From Octopus vulgaris (lineage: Eukaryota): a DNA stretch of 64,000 nt. Shown one piece after another: positions 37,807-50,635 of this stretch. The stretch lies in NCBI GenBank assembly GCA_951406725.2, contig OX597816.1, positions 108,500,001 through 108,564,000 of the forward strand. Reading direction: 5' to 3'. The notes beneath the pieces are model-generated. The model saw nothing but the letters and a program-made list of their open reading frames with translations, was not told the origin of the DNA and ran no database searches. Each line of letters starts with the position of its first letter. The stretch's first letter is position 1. The translations under genes and the position numbers were made by a program.

Positions 37807-40800
37807 TCACTTTTCTTATTGCTTTTATTAAACCTCAAGTCGACCTTGATTGATTGTGGAGATTTATAATTAGAGGCATTCCAATTGTGACCTACCATCT
37901 CATCTTTTTGAATATCAAGAATGTTATCAATATGTTCTTTATTGCTTAAGATGGATGTAATCTGACAAAGATTTGGTTGGCATTTCTAGCAGGTCAAGCA
38001 ACCACATAAAAGAGTGATTCTCAAACAGTTCACAGTGGAGCACTGATGTGCAACAGAGTGTATCTAGGTGAACTGTGAATATTTTAAAATTTAATTTAAG
38101 GCTTTTGAAAATCTACATTAACTTCTGGTAATCTTGAAAAAAAAAATGTTAAAAGGTAAGCAGATGTCGTGTTCTATATATTTTACCTTATAGCACAACC
38201 TTATTCAACTTAACATACAAAGTATGTAATTCAGTTTTTATTTTGGTTTCCAGCATACCACAAAGTCAAAAGTGTTCCAGAAACACTGACAAGGAGTTTC
38301 TCCACATTGGCTCATATTTTTCCTTAGCTATTTAACAATAACATTTATAATTTTATCCTAACTAAAGAAAATCATAGTCTCCAGGTGGAAATGGGGCGCA
38401 CTGTTTTTTGGGGAGAGAGTATAGGTGCAAATGGGAGCACACTGTACCAGACTAGACATTGGCGGTCTTGAAGTGAAGTGTTTAGTTCTTCCACTGAATT
38501 AGATGTTGTTGATTTTGTTATTGCTATTGTTTAGCCCTAGATTAGCACTAATTACACAGACTTTATAACCACAAATTTTATTAAAAGAAACACCTTTTGA
38601 AATTAAGTTAAATACCAATTAAAATCTAAGTTAAAATATTTTATAACATTTACATTATATCTGCATGGATTAAATTGTATTGAATGATCGGAAAAAAACA
38701 ACTTAAAAAAACTGGAGTATTTCACAACCATGTCATAAGATATATTACTAGTAAACACCTGACTAACTGACTGACAGTTAAAATACCAAATCAATGAGAA
38801 ACTACCAAAACTACAGCCAATATTTTGTTTATTCAAATCAACTGCAGAAAACTGTTCAGCCCCATCAATACTAAGTGTTTCTAAGATCTGTCCGGAGAGT
38901 ATGATAGCCAGAAAGAGAAACTGAGGATGCCTGAACAGTAGATGGAGAAACCAAACTCTAAAATGATTCCAATGACAATCATAGCCAAAACTCAATAAGA
39001 TGACAGTGAGCAAAAGTAAATGGACAAAATTTATTTATGGCATTTGACATTCAGCTGCAAGTGGAAATCATTATTAACCAATATGGTCCAAGACACACCA
39101 TCATACATGACTATCCCATGTTTTTTATCCTACCAACACAGGGCATGCAAGACCACATTATACAATGTTCCCAGTTATTTCAGAAAGAGTAGTACATAAT
39201 ATATGGAGATATAGGTTCCTTTGTTAGGATAACATTCAACTGGTTAAATTACTATCTTTTTATCTTTTATTTGTTTCAGTCATTAGACTGCGGCCATGCT
39301 GGGGCACCCAGTACTTATTTTTTTAAACCTGATACTTATTCTATCAGTGGTTTATAAAACTTTGACAATAAATAGACATTAGTATTATATCTTACTTTTG
39401 GGACTAGTTTAACAACATTTAAGTGTGTGTTTGTGTGTGTGTGTGTGTGTGTGCGCGTGCACCTGCCTTTGTTTTGTGAACCTGTATAAGTGTGTTTGTG
39501 TAATTGTGTATGAGTATGTATCTGTGTTTTGTTGTATCTGTGTAGATAAATGTATGTGCGAACGTGCTTGTTTATCTCTGGATTTGTACTCTGTGTGTAT
39601 TAGCTGAGATGACTGACATACCAGAACCCTAGTTCAGCAGTCAACAGTCACCTTATGTAACAATCATTCTATAAATAACATCAATGAACAAGACAATTCA
39701 CCTTGCTAAAGGAACGATAAGTTAATATCATATACACCAGTAATACTTTCCTCTGGATCACAACAGCTGACACGGAATATTCTGGAAACCAAATCTCAAT
39801 ATTTAATCAGCCACACAATTTATGAGACACCACAGATACATTCAGTGGTCTAACTAAACAAAGAGAAAGTAACATTTATTTCTAGAGACACATCATCATC
39901 ATCATCGTTTAACGTCTATTTTCCATGCTAGCATGTGTTGGACAGTTTGACTGGAGACCGGCAAGCCAGGAGGCTGCACCAGGCTCCAATCTTATCTGGC
40001 AATGTTTCAACAGCTGGATGCCCTTCCTAACACCAACCGCTCCGAGAGTGTAGTGGGTGCTTTGTACGTGCCACCAGCATGGAAGCCAGTCAGGCGGCAC
40101 TGGCATCAACCACGTTTGGATAGTGCTTTTAAGTGCTACCGGCATAGGAGCCAGTTAGGGAGGGGGAGCTGGCATCGACCACGCTCAGATGGTACTTTTT
40201 ACGTGCCACTAGCACAAGGAGCCAGTTAGACAGCACTGACAACGACCCACACATGAATAGTGTTTATTGCATGCCACCAGCACGAGGGCCAGTCAGGCAG
40301 CATTGGCAACGGCCACAACTACATTTTCCATTTTTGATTGTGCTTTGATTTTTGATTTCACTTGACTCAATATGTCTCCTCAAGCACAGCGTGTAGCCCG
40401 ACGATTCAAAGGTACTTTTAAATGGACCAGTTATGCGACACTGGTATAGGCTACAGCTGTGATCACACTTTACTTGCCGGGTCTTCTCAATCACTGCATA
40501 TCTCCAGAGGTCATGTCATCACAGTAAAAAAAATACAATCAGGTTGTTGGTGTTAATGATTTGTAGGCACGTAGTATTTCGTTAAGCAACCATAATATAC
40601 TACAAAGTATATTAAGCACTTTTGTAAGTCAATACTGTGTTCTATTGTGTTAACAGTGCTATTAAATCACTTACTAAGGCTATCTCTACAGATCTTTTAT
40701 AGAAATTATATCCGAGTATGCCTAGTGTGAACAATGGAATCAGAGATGGAAAATGGGTAATGGGCGTATATGGCATACACACCTATTTTGTATATGAAAT

Positions 40801-41522
40801 ATTGTAACAAATCAGTGCTGGTTATAGTTTCTAGAGAAAATCCATAGAGATGACCTCAACAAGTAGGTTGTTGATGTCATAAAAAATCAAGAACTTTAAG
40901 AACGTAAAATAATTCTTTTATGGAACAGAGAAATTCAAAACAAATAAAGTTATAAATAGTAGCATGTAAATACTGGGTTAAAAACCCTTTGGACAGAAAA
41001 AGTCAAAAGTTGTTCAATAATAGAAAGCTTCTCATGTGAAGGCATATAACTCGTTGGTTAGAACATTGGACTCACAATCATGAGATAGTGAGTTTGATTC
41101 CTGGACTGGGCTGTTTGTTTTTGAGCAAGATACTTCATTTTATGTTGTACAAGTTCACTCAGCTGTAGAAATGAGTTGCAACATCACTAGTGTCAAGCTG
41201 TATTCGCTTTTGCCGTTCCCATGGATAACATCAATGCCATGCAGAGGGGAGGCTGGTATACACGGGCAACTGCTGGTCTTCCATAAACAACCTTACCAAG
41301 ACTTGTGCACTTTCTAGGTGCAATCCCATGGTCATTTATGACCAAAAGGGATCCTTACCCTTTACCCTGTCATGTTTACAAAAGATGTGGGATTGTGTCC
41401 TATGGGCAGCCATTGCCCTTTTCTATACAAAGGACTTTTAACCCAAAATTTTACATACTATTATTTATAGCTTAACTTGATTTGAGAGTTACTGTTCCTA
41501 AAAAGAAAATTAGATGTCTTAC

Positions 41523-41572
41523 CTTTGGAGGAGGTTGTTTTATCAGTGTTAATGGTTAGTGGAGCCATTGTA
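41523..41572 (-). CDS. Short internal coding exon: (S)TMAPLTINTDKTTSSK(E)
   Basis: cttctcttcccag|TACAATG...AAAG|gtaaga; 50 nt, phase 2 to 1, exactly bridging the flanking exons. Confidence 0.75.
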
Positions 41573-42061
41573 CTGGGAAGAGAAGAGAACAAGCAATTAG
41601 CAAAAACATCAAAAACATTCTCCCTATCTCTCTGCAAACACACACACTCAAAGGAATGGGGGACTTTATTGATTAATTCAAGTGTAAATAATTTGCTAAA
41701 AAATGATCGTCAGCTGAAACACATAGGCTTATATGCAAAAATAAAAATGCTTAAAAGCCCTGTAAGCTTGTGTATGTGTGTGGATGTGCACATATAGACA
41801 GACAAATAAAAAACACACAAAATCAAAATGAGTGATATCATGAGGCAAGAGATAGACAAACAAATAATATATGAAGGCAAAAAAAAGCAAAAGGCATAGA
41901 AATATGAAATGAAACAACAAAATTCTCATCTCCAACTTAGCTGTGCATAGAGTCAGGAGTCCGGTGCTGTTGTCATATATAGCAAATTCTCATTTTAATT
42001 CAACATTATTAACACAAGACATACACCAAACAGGAATAAATGACAAATTGACAATCAATCT

Positions 42062-42275
42062 TTAACCCTTTGGAGATGGAGCCTCACATGGAATTTCAGT
42101 GCTAAGAAGACAGAGCCCTTTTCACATTATTTTTGAAAAAAAAAAAATTATAAAAATTGAAGTAATTACTTTACATATATAAAACTACATACATTCTTGT
42201 TGGAAATTGAATGAACTAGTACAATCATTTGATTTTTTGGCCAATAAATCAACCCTGTTGTCTCCTAAGGGTTAA
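42062..42275. mobile_element. Second piggyBac-like MITE family
   Basis: ttaaccctttggaga ... tctcctaagggttaa inverted termini. Confidence 0.65.
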
Positions 42276-42723
42276 AACAATTAATTTTATAACAAAATCA
42301 TTGTAACTAGTCAATAACAATTTCTGATTAAAAAATAACAATTAACTCCTTGATGGTAATTAACCCTTTAGATTCAGATTTCTCTCTCAAATGTAATACA
42401 TATTAATCCACATTGGTATGAATTAATCATGTATTATCTCATATCTTCGAAATTTCCATGATGTGACTGTTTATTTTTAGAATAATATTGTAGGGTAGGT
42501 GTGAGAGGCTAGATCTGGCCAGTTTGAAGGTAAAACAGGTAGATTATTTTGGCTGAATATGGCTGGTTTAAACACAAGAAGCTACTAAGAAATTTAGAGA
42601 ATATGAAACCTTGTTTGCTCACTGGCTTGCTCTCTCTCTCTTTCCAATTATATATTGTTTTGTGAAAGAAGTTTTAAAATAACCTGTTTGGTTAACTTAG
42701 AATTTATTTAGGAAGCACCTCAC

Positions 42724-42816
42724 CTGCTATTTGTTGTGGCAGTCACAGGAGCATCCACTGGCTCTTTGCTCTTTAAATCATTTAGGGAGGTTTTCAGCTG
42801 CTGTATGGTTTCTTCA
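42724..42816 (-). CDS. Internal coding exon: (C)EETIQQLKTSLNDLKSKEPVDAPVTATTNS(S)
   Basis: cttttctag|TGAAGAA...AGCAG|gtgagg; 93 nt, phase 2 to 2; continues the coiled coil from the 49.5-kb exon in frame. Confidence 0.85.
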
Positions 42817-44569
42817 CTAGAAAAGAGAAGACACAATTCAGATGGATAAAAGAAAATGACCCCTGAGACATATACAAATATGAAATCTCAACAAAGAGTT
42901 TTAATTAATATATGGAGAAACCTGTGAAGGAGGAAGGCAGTGTTTTGGTTGGCTCCTTAATCCTTAAGACAAATAGGCTTTTGTATGTGAACAAACATTT
43001 TAGACTTTACAAAATGTAAGAATTACATTTTATAAAAGTAGAAAATTTAAAGAATAATAATTAAGAAAATTGTTGTTAATGCTGTTACCGATGAAGATGA
43101 TGATTACATAAAATAACACCAATAAAAGTGGTAGTAGAGATAGCAATGAGAGTGAAGGAGATGAGAGATGATGTTAATGGTCATGATGATGATGATCATC
43201 ATCATTGTTTTAATGTCCACTTTTCTATGATTGCATGGGTCAGATGGAGTTTATCAAACAGATTTACTATGGCTGAACACCCTTTCTGTCTCCAGCTATC
43301 ATTGTTTCTAAGGTAATATCCCCTGCCACTGCCCATGGTTGCTCATTTACAACTATTACACAATGTCAAGTGAAGGACACACACAGATATCCACATACAG
43401 CAGAGTTCTTTAGCTTCCATTTAATGAATCCACTCATAAGGCTTGGCTCAGCCCTGAGCTACAGTAGAAGACACTTGCTTGTCCACAGTGCCACACTGTA
43501 ACAGAATATAAAACCATGCAGTTGGGAAACAAACTTCTCAACCACAACCCCATGCCTGCACCTATGATGATGATAATATTAATTTGAAAGATACAAGAAA
43601 GACAAATTGTTAATGATTAAGAACAAAAACTTTTAATACATTGAGACCTATATTCCCAAGATTTCTATTCAACAGAAGCTATTTTTAAATCTTAAGCAAT
43701 AATTTCTTAACTTCATTCAATCCATGCTAGAGCATAATTGCTTAGATTAATTATCACTCAAAAATCAGAACCAAATTTAATCAGAAAATATTTACTAGCT
43801 ATGAAGAATATATGCACACAGCACTGACATACTTTAAGATTAATTCTAATTTATTGAGTAAATCATTGAACTAAAAATAAAGCAAGGCATGCCACACATT
43901 CAGATGCATAAGACCACAGCCATTTCAATGCAGTTTCTGTTAAACCCTAGGTCAGTCCTGATCAAAGAAACCTACAGTCAAAGATATTCCAGCCTTGATC
44001 CTATAAACATCATTAGAAGAGGAAGCCAGTGATATTATATGTGTATATTTATATATATAAAAACAGTCTCTGTGGTAGGGGCACAGGATCCTACACCTAC
44101 AAGCAAAATTTCACCTATATTCAAATTTGAAAGCAACTTCTGACAAAATCTTTAAAAATTTATATGGAAAACTATTTATGTCTTAATATAAAAACAGTAA
44201 TTTAATATAAGTTACACCACAACTCATTTATAAAATTAAAGACGTGTTATTTTTCTCCACAGAAATGTGCTTTGCAAGATCTTATGCACATGTAATTGGT
44301 GTGTAGATCATTCCTTATTCATTGAGCTATCTGAATGTAGATCATATCACTCATGAATTTGACGGACTCAAGTGGTGTATATAAGAGTAGCTGACAAGTC
44401 ATGAAATATTGTTGCACATTAGAGAGTTGTAATTAGAGCTCTGTGCCAATGTATCTGTACTATTCACCATTTCAGCACTATATACACACAAACACTCTCT
44501 TTCTCTTGCTCTCTAACTCAGCTTATCTGATCATGTAACCAGACACTAAAGCCCTGCAGCAAGTATCAC

Positions 44570-45130
44570 ATATGTAATTGTATTGATACTGAAGTATTTC
44601 AGAAACATCATGAGAGTGCCTTTGCTGTGTAAGTATTTTGGGCTACCCAATCATTAGATATTTCCCCACTACCAATTTGAAAAGTAGGGGTTACATTTCT
44701 GAAGGCATTCCTCAGCCATTGGTCATGTCATGACAAACATGACATCACCAATGCTGCTGTGTGAGGGATGCTGGAGAATAGCACAGAATTGAAGGCCTCA
44801 ATGTCTGGGACCTTGTCCTGCTAACACATACACAGCATTTTGTGTAAACAGTTCAAGCGAAATCTACTGAGCATTTTGGTGCATCTGCTGTAAACAGTCC
44901 TTAACTCAATAGCATAGAACAAAACTGGCAGATCAATATCTTTGTAGACCTTCAACCAGTTTCAGAAGCAGAGGCTCTTCTTCTACCAAACATTCTACTA
45001 AAAGCAATGCTGGCTTTGGCAAATATGTTGTTGACTTTAAATGTCAATGTGGTAAATTCTTAAGAGATGTACCAAGGTGTGTAAACCTATCAACAGTCAG
45101 TAGCGTTCGATCTTTGACCATGATAGTAGT
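44570..45130 (-). mobile_element. Degenerate RTE-clade LINE remnant (RT C-terminal region)
   Basis: Minus-strand translation KVYKDIDLPVLFYAIELRTVYSRCTKMLSRFRLNCLHKML...QDKVPDIEA resembles the RTE KVY...LLYG.ETWT...FH..CLR.IL...WQDKV motif. Confidence 0.65.
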
Positions 45131-45186
45131 AAACTAAAGAAATAAAGTAATTGCAATTTGAGGTGTCACAATATTTTGCACTTTCT

Positions 45187-45405
45187 AAGATAGTGAGCTT
45201 GCAGAAACGTTAGCATGCAGGGCAAAATGCTTAGCAGTATTTCATCTGTCTTTACATTCTGAGTTCAAATTCCGCCAAGGTTGACTTTGCCTTTCATCCA
45301 CTTGGGGGTCGATAAATTAAGTACCAGTTGCATACTGGGGTCGATCTAATCAACTGTCCACCCCCTCCCCCAACATTTCAAGCCTTGTGCCTAGAGTAGA
45401 AAAGA
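45187..45405 (+). mobile_element. SINE family A, intronic (similar copies near 46780, 50657, 54358, 55160; minus-strand copy near 24940)
   Basis: Full head-core-tail; aatattttgcacttt direct repeat at about 45170 and about 45405 acts as a TSD. Confidence 0.85.
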
Positions 45406-45429
45406 ATATTTTGCACTTTTATTGATTAT

Positions 45430-45815
45430 CTTTTAGTTGTTTCAGTCATCAGACTGTGGCTGTGCTGGAGCACTGCCTTGAAGGATTTTAGTCAAACATA
45501 TCAACCCCAGGTTTTTGTTTTTAAGCTTAATACTTATTTTATTGGTATATTTTGCCAAACCACTAAGTTACAGGGATATAAACACACTAACACTGGTTGT
45601 CAAGCAGTGATGAGGAACAAACACAAGACACAAACACACACATACATACACACACACACTCGACAGTCTTCTTTCAGTTTCTATCTACCAAATTCACTCA
45701 CAAGGCTTTGGCTGGCCCAAGGCTATATTAAATACATTTGCCCAAGGCACTATGCAGTGGGACTGAACCCAGAACCATGTGATTAGGAAGCAAACATCTT
45801 ATCATACAACCACAG
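45430..45815 (-). mobile_element. SINE family B, CpG-decayed (further partial copies near 26960, 36088, 43400, 49225, 51290)
   Basis: Collinear with 12172-12605 with many CG to TG/CA changes. Confidence 0.8.
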
Positions 45816-46187
45816 GACAGTGACTGCAAGTTTAGCATCCTTTAGAATCAGGTTTTGATGTAATGAGCTAGGAATTTTATGTAAGACCCTTTTGTTATGT
45901 TTCACATATCACAACAATTCATTAATTTACAAAATATTTTTTAATTCTTAATCATTTTCAAAATTAACTAAAAGATAACAAAGCACAATAGATGGACTTA
46001 AGGTATTTTGCTACTGCCTAGAAAACCAATTTACACCAGCCACAGAGGTGCCTTGTTGAGAAAGAAACATAATTCTCCTTGTTTCAGTTTATTTGAACTA
46101 AACAAAAAGCTGGCTCCAATCATACCTGAGTGTACTACAACATGCTCGCCTTTTCTGAGAAATGGTGTGTATATATATATATATATA

Positions 46188-46347
46188 GGGAGAATTCACA
46201 AAAAAACAAAAGACGAAGACAGGTGTAGACAACAAATAGATGTATTAGTATAGAAGTGAAAAAGTCTTTAACATTTTGAGCTTATGCTCTTCCACACAAA
46301 GGAACAAGGAGAGAAAATAAAGAATGTATAGTGGTTATCGATCTATC

Positions 46348-46350
<3 letters not shown>
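46188..46350 (-). mobile_element. Penelope-like fragment in (TA)n with decayed hammerhead
   Basis: Flanked by (TA)n on both sides; minus strand cttt-GTGTGGA-A-GAGC ataa GCTC-AAAATGTT-aaag at 46266-46301. Confidence 0.4.
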
Positions 46351-46388
<38 letters not shown>

Positions 46389-47624
46389 TTGCATATAAAT
46401 AATTTGCAGACTGAACAAAAACAAGGTCATCTGTGTCTTCACAGTTGAATAGTTTAATATTGGGAACAACAAAGAACTGTAAAAGCAAGTAAGCCAGTCA
46501 ACTAAAAAGGAATTTTTCAAAAGAGATGTAAAATTGTAAATAACAAAAATGTTGAAAAGTACATTAAACACCCTAGGCCTGTTCTGGTGCATTGTGTTAT
46601 TGACATTCCAAACTGATATAGAAAAAAGTGTGTACTAAGCTTAGAAAGTACTACTTTGCTAACTGTTGCTGTCATCACAAAAGTTCAAATATAGTCTCTG
46701 TTCCTTCGTTGTTGCTGTTTAACTTAAGGTTAGCTCTAAACAAACAGATTTATTATCAAAGATACATACAATGGTGTATGGCAGAATCATTAGCATGCCA
46801 GGCAAAATGCTTAGCAGCATTTCATCTCATCTTCTGAATTCAAATTCCATCGAGGTTGATTTTGCCTTTCATCTTTTCGGGGGTCGATGAAATAAGTACT
46901 AGTTAAGCACTGGGTTCAGTATAATTGACTTATACCCTCTCACAACTTGCTGGCCTTCTGCTAAAATTTGAAACTATTATCAAAGGTACACAATCACCAA
47001 ACTTATCTTTCTTTACATGAGGGTCTACACCAGGAATGGGTATCTTCTATAAGAAGTGGGCCGGATGGGACATGACTCATGACTCAGGAAGGCCACATTG
47101 CTCAAACAACTCAAGAGAAGTGTTTTAATTAGGTGAGCCATTCAGAAAGTCCCATGGATTGCAGTCTGCCCTTGACATGTCTACACTGACAAAAGTCTTC
47201 TTTATTTAAAACAGTAGGGTACAATGTGAGAGAGATTTAGCTTCTATTTCTTGCAGGTTGGGCAAACATAAATTTGCACATTAGCACATGGGGCTTCTTC
47301 ATTAGTTCTATAGCCTCCACTCTCCACCCTTGACAATTGGAGATACTAACTTCACTACTATACTGTATCTGAAAGAATATCCAGGTCAACAATTTCCAGG
47401 TTCCTATTCATGTAGATGAGGTAAGTGAGGGATCTTTTCAGTGGTAACTCAACCTGTTAGACATAGTAGCTAATTATACTCATCTTGAAAGAGCTGGGCC
47501 CACTAGATAAAAATAGTGCTTGAAAGAATGATTGGCTTGTCATGGATGGATTGCCTTAAGTCATAGCTTTGCTGAAAAACAACAACAATATCAGCAAATG
47601 TGAAAATTTCTACAGAGATGCTCA

Positions 47625-47765
47625 AATTGCAGGCAATAGCAGCCAAATCAACCACAAATCACACACTACTGTTTCGGAAAAGGCAGGATACATTGGATAA
47701 TGTAGTCCTAAATACATTGTGCCTAAGAAAAAGACAGGATGGCCACAAGTGGAATACTATGACCA
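47625..47765 (+). repeat. Old dispersed repeat family (atagcagccaaatc...ggatggtcacagctggaatg...) with copies near 3130, 29480, 30335, 37830, 47455, 55935, 56560 and 57210
   Basis: Recurrent degenerate motifs in both orientations, often ending in (CAA)n. Confidence 0.55.
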
Positions 47766-49518
47766 TCCTATCATGAAAGTGTGTAGCAATAAATGTGGAA
47801 GACCAAAGCCTTCATTTGGAACACATTCAACAAACAGAAACCAGCTGTTGCATTAATGACAATGGTGGTGGTGGTGGTGGTGGTGGTGGTAGTTGAGGTG
47901 ATAATGGGTATGCTAATAATATATGTCCTTTAGCTAGAATTAACCCATTTACATTTAATACGGTGACAGAACATACACAAACATTAAAGGTTATGAGTTC
48001 ACCCATAGTCCAAAGATGCTTTGCATATATTAAGAAATATGACAAATATACAGCAGCAAACATGAGAACAATGGAAATCGAAAGAGAGGGGGAGAGAGCA
48101 GCAGCACAGAAATACAGTTATACACATAGAGACACACACACACACAAGCACAGAATATGGAAGAAAAAATGTGTTAATAATTCTTAAGCAAAAACAACAA
48201 ATTTTAAGAGATAGAAAAATGAAATCTTTTTGTTAGCAAGTTAGCATGTGTGCATCTCTCATTTATGAATGCTATTGGTAACATATAATCCAGAACAATG
48301 TGTTATGTGGTCGGTTCGCCAGAAACTAATCTGACATCTCTACTGTGCTTGCTTAGTGAAGAGGGATACTTGGAGTACAATGGAACAAAAAATAGAACAT
48401 TTCAAAAGGACAATTGAACCCTCATATACCTTTTTTTAGAAGAGTGTATTTCTGGCACATAAAAGCACTCATTACACTCCTGGAGTAGTTGGCATTAGGA
48501 AGGGCATCCAGCTATAGAAAACCATGCCAAATCAGACTGGAGTCTGGTGCAGCACCTCAGCTTACCAGTCCCGGTCAAATTGTCCAACCCATGCCAGCAT
48601 GAACAACGGATGTTAAATGATGATGATGATGATGATAAAGCTATAAATAATGACGGCTTCTCCCGTCAAAGACAACATATGAGTGTTCAGCTTCAGCCAA
48701 ATGAGCTGCACAAATGATTTGTTTATAGCAATTAAATGTACATGCTGTCCATTAGCTCACTCTCTCCATCAAACTGACATTGCCTGAACTGGTGCACAGT
48801 GTACAATGCATCAGATGTTGAAGTGATCACAGAGCAACATGAGATGAAGTGTTTCACTCAAAAACACAAAGGCACCACTTGGTATAGGAATTGAAACCAT
48901 GATCTCACGATCATGAGTGCAACACCCTAACCACTAGGGTGTAAATAATTGTTTAAAAGATTGAGAAATACGATGGATTGCTTTGGTCTAATGGTAGAAA
49001 GCCTGTCATGTTTAAAGATGTGGGCTTGTGTTCCAGTCAGCCTTTTTATTTCAAAAGAGTCTTTTAATCCAATATTTGAACACTTATTTCTAATTTTATC
49101 TGCTTTGGGATTCACCATTCAAAAATATATTTTTAAAAATTAAAAAAAGAAAAAGAATTATTTCACATTCTCAAGTTTTAATAATGCCAACAACAACAAA
49201 AACACATACACACACACACAAAACAGGCTTCTGTCAGTTTCTGTCTACCAAATCAACTTGCAAGGCCTTGGATAGTCCAAGGTTATAGTAGAAGACGCTT
49301 GCCCAAATTGCTGTGCAGTGGGACTGAACCCAAGATGACATAGTTGGGAAACAAGCTTCTTAACCACACAGCCACACCTCGCTGTGTGTGTGTGTGTGTC
49401 TGATGCAGCAGCATGGCCATATCTCAAGGACCATCCCAAAATATAACAATAATTTGCCTCAATTTCTCTATACATGTGTAATCATTAAAATACTAATGCA
49501 CAGCTATAGAATAGTTAC

Positions 49519-49661
49519 CATGTTTGGATCTGGCTTTGGCTAGACTTAAGTTGGCTTCCAAGATTTTCTATTTCTTGGTCTTTGTTCCTGATGACACCCA
49601 TCAACTGGTGTAATTCTTGCCGCATCTGCTGGAGGTCTTTGTCAACATCAGCTAAGGATTC
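49519..49661 (-). CDS. Internal coding exon (most upstream one found) of an unidentified coiled-coil protein: ESLADVDKDLQQMRQELHQLMGVIRNKDQEIENLGSQLKSSQSQIQT(C)
   Basis: Minus strand tgcttgcag|GAATCC...ACATG|gtaact; 143 nt, phase 0 to 2, open frame, heptad-like L/I/M spacing; phase matches the next exon. Confidence 0.85.
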
Positions 49662-49924
49662 CTGCAAGCATTAGAAGAAAGATGAAAAAAAAAGATCAGT
49701 AAGTCATCATCACCACCACTACCACCATTGTAACCATCATCATCATCAAGTGGGACCAGTACAGATCATTAAGGGAAGTTGACCTTGAATTAAAGACTTT
49801 ACAAAAAATAACTTTTTCTCTACACCTTTTGTTGTTATTATTGGTGAGCTGGCAGAACCATTACAGCATTGAATAAAATACTCAGTGGCATTGTTTCAAC
49901 TCTTCACATACTGGGTTCAAAACA

Positions 49925-50135
49925 ATACCTCTGCCTTAACAAAGGTGGAGGTATTGTTTTCAGTTTTGTTTGTTTGTCCATGGACAAGATATCTCAAGAA
50001 CCGCTGGATGGATTTGGATGAAACTTTCAGGGATGTTTGGCCTCATGACTGGCACAAACTGATTAGGTTTGAGGAGCGATCCAGTACCAGACAAGGATTC
50101 TGGATTATTTTTCCCATATTTTTAAAAAATTGATT
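49925..50135 (+). mobile_element. Helentron-associated (DINE-1/HINE-like) element 5' part
   Basis: tacctctgcctt..aaggtggaggta subterminal palindrome followed by (GTTT)n and ggatttggatgaaacttt. Confidence 0.55.
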
Positions 50136-50199
50136 TGATAGTGTCTTGCATGGGGTGTGGGCTGTTCCTAGCTGGGCTATTTTTTTGGAAAGTGATTAG

Positions 50200-50635
50200 G
50201 GTTGAGGATCCAGGTATAGCTTCTACATTTTTGTTCACATGTTTTTTTTATAATGTTCAATGCTCCAATCATTACTGGTGTGGTTTTCACTTTCATGCCT
50301 CACATCTTTAATACTTCAATTTCTAGGTCTTTGTACTTAGACAATTTCTCCATTTCTTTTTGAGCAATACTTTGGTCAAAAGAGACTGCAATGTCTATCA
50401 GTAAGCAGCCCCTCACCAATCCTTGATTATTTTGCCTGAGCAACTAGCTTTATTTCTTTGTTAGTTTGAAAAGATATATCTCAGATGATTTTGGCCTGGT
50501 CATTGTCATGTACCTTGTTTAGCACATATTTATACCATTTCTTGTCAGTTTTTATGTTGTGCGTGGCATATTGTCCAGCAGACATAACAACTTAGTCATA
50601 TCTGTATATGTATACAGATTTGGCAAGGACTGGAC
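50200..50635 (-). mobile_element. Degenerate R4/Dong-like RLE LINE of a different family
   Basis: Minus-strand translation CLLIDIAVSFDQSIAQKEMEKLSKYKDLEIEVLKM*GMKVKTTPVMIGAL; adjacent (ATT)n at about 50636. Confidence 0.7.
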
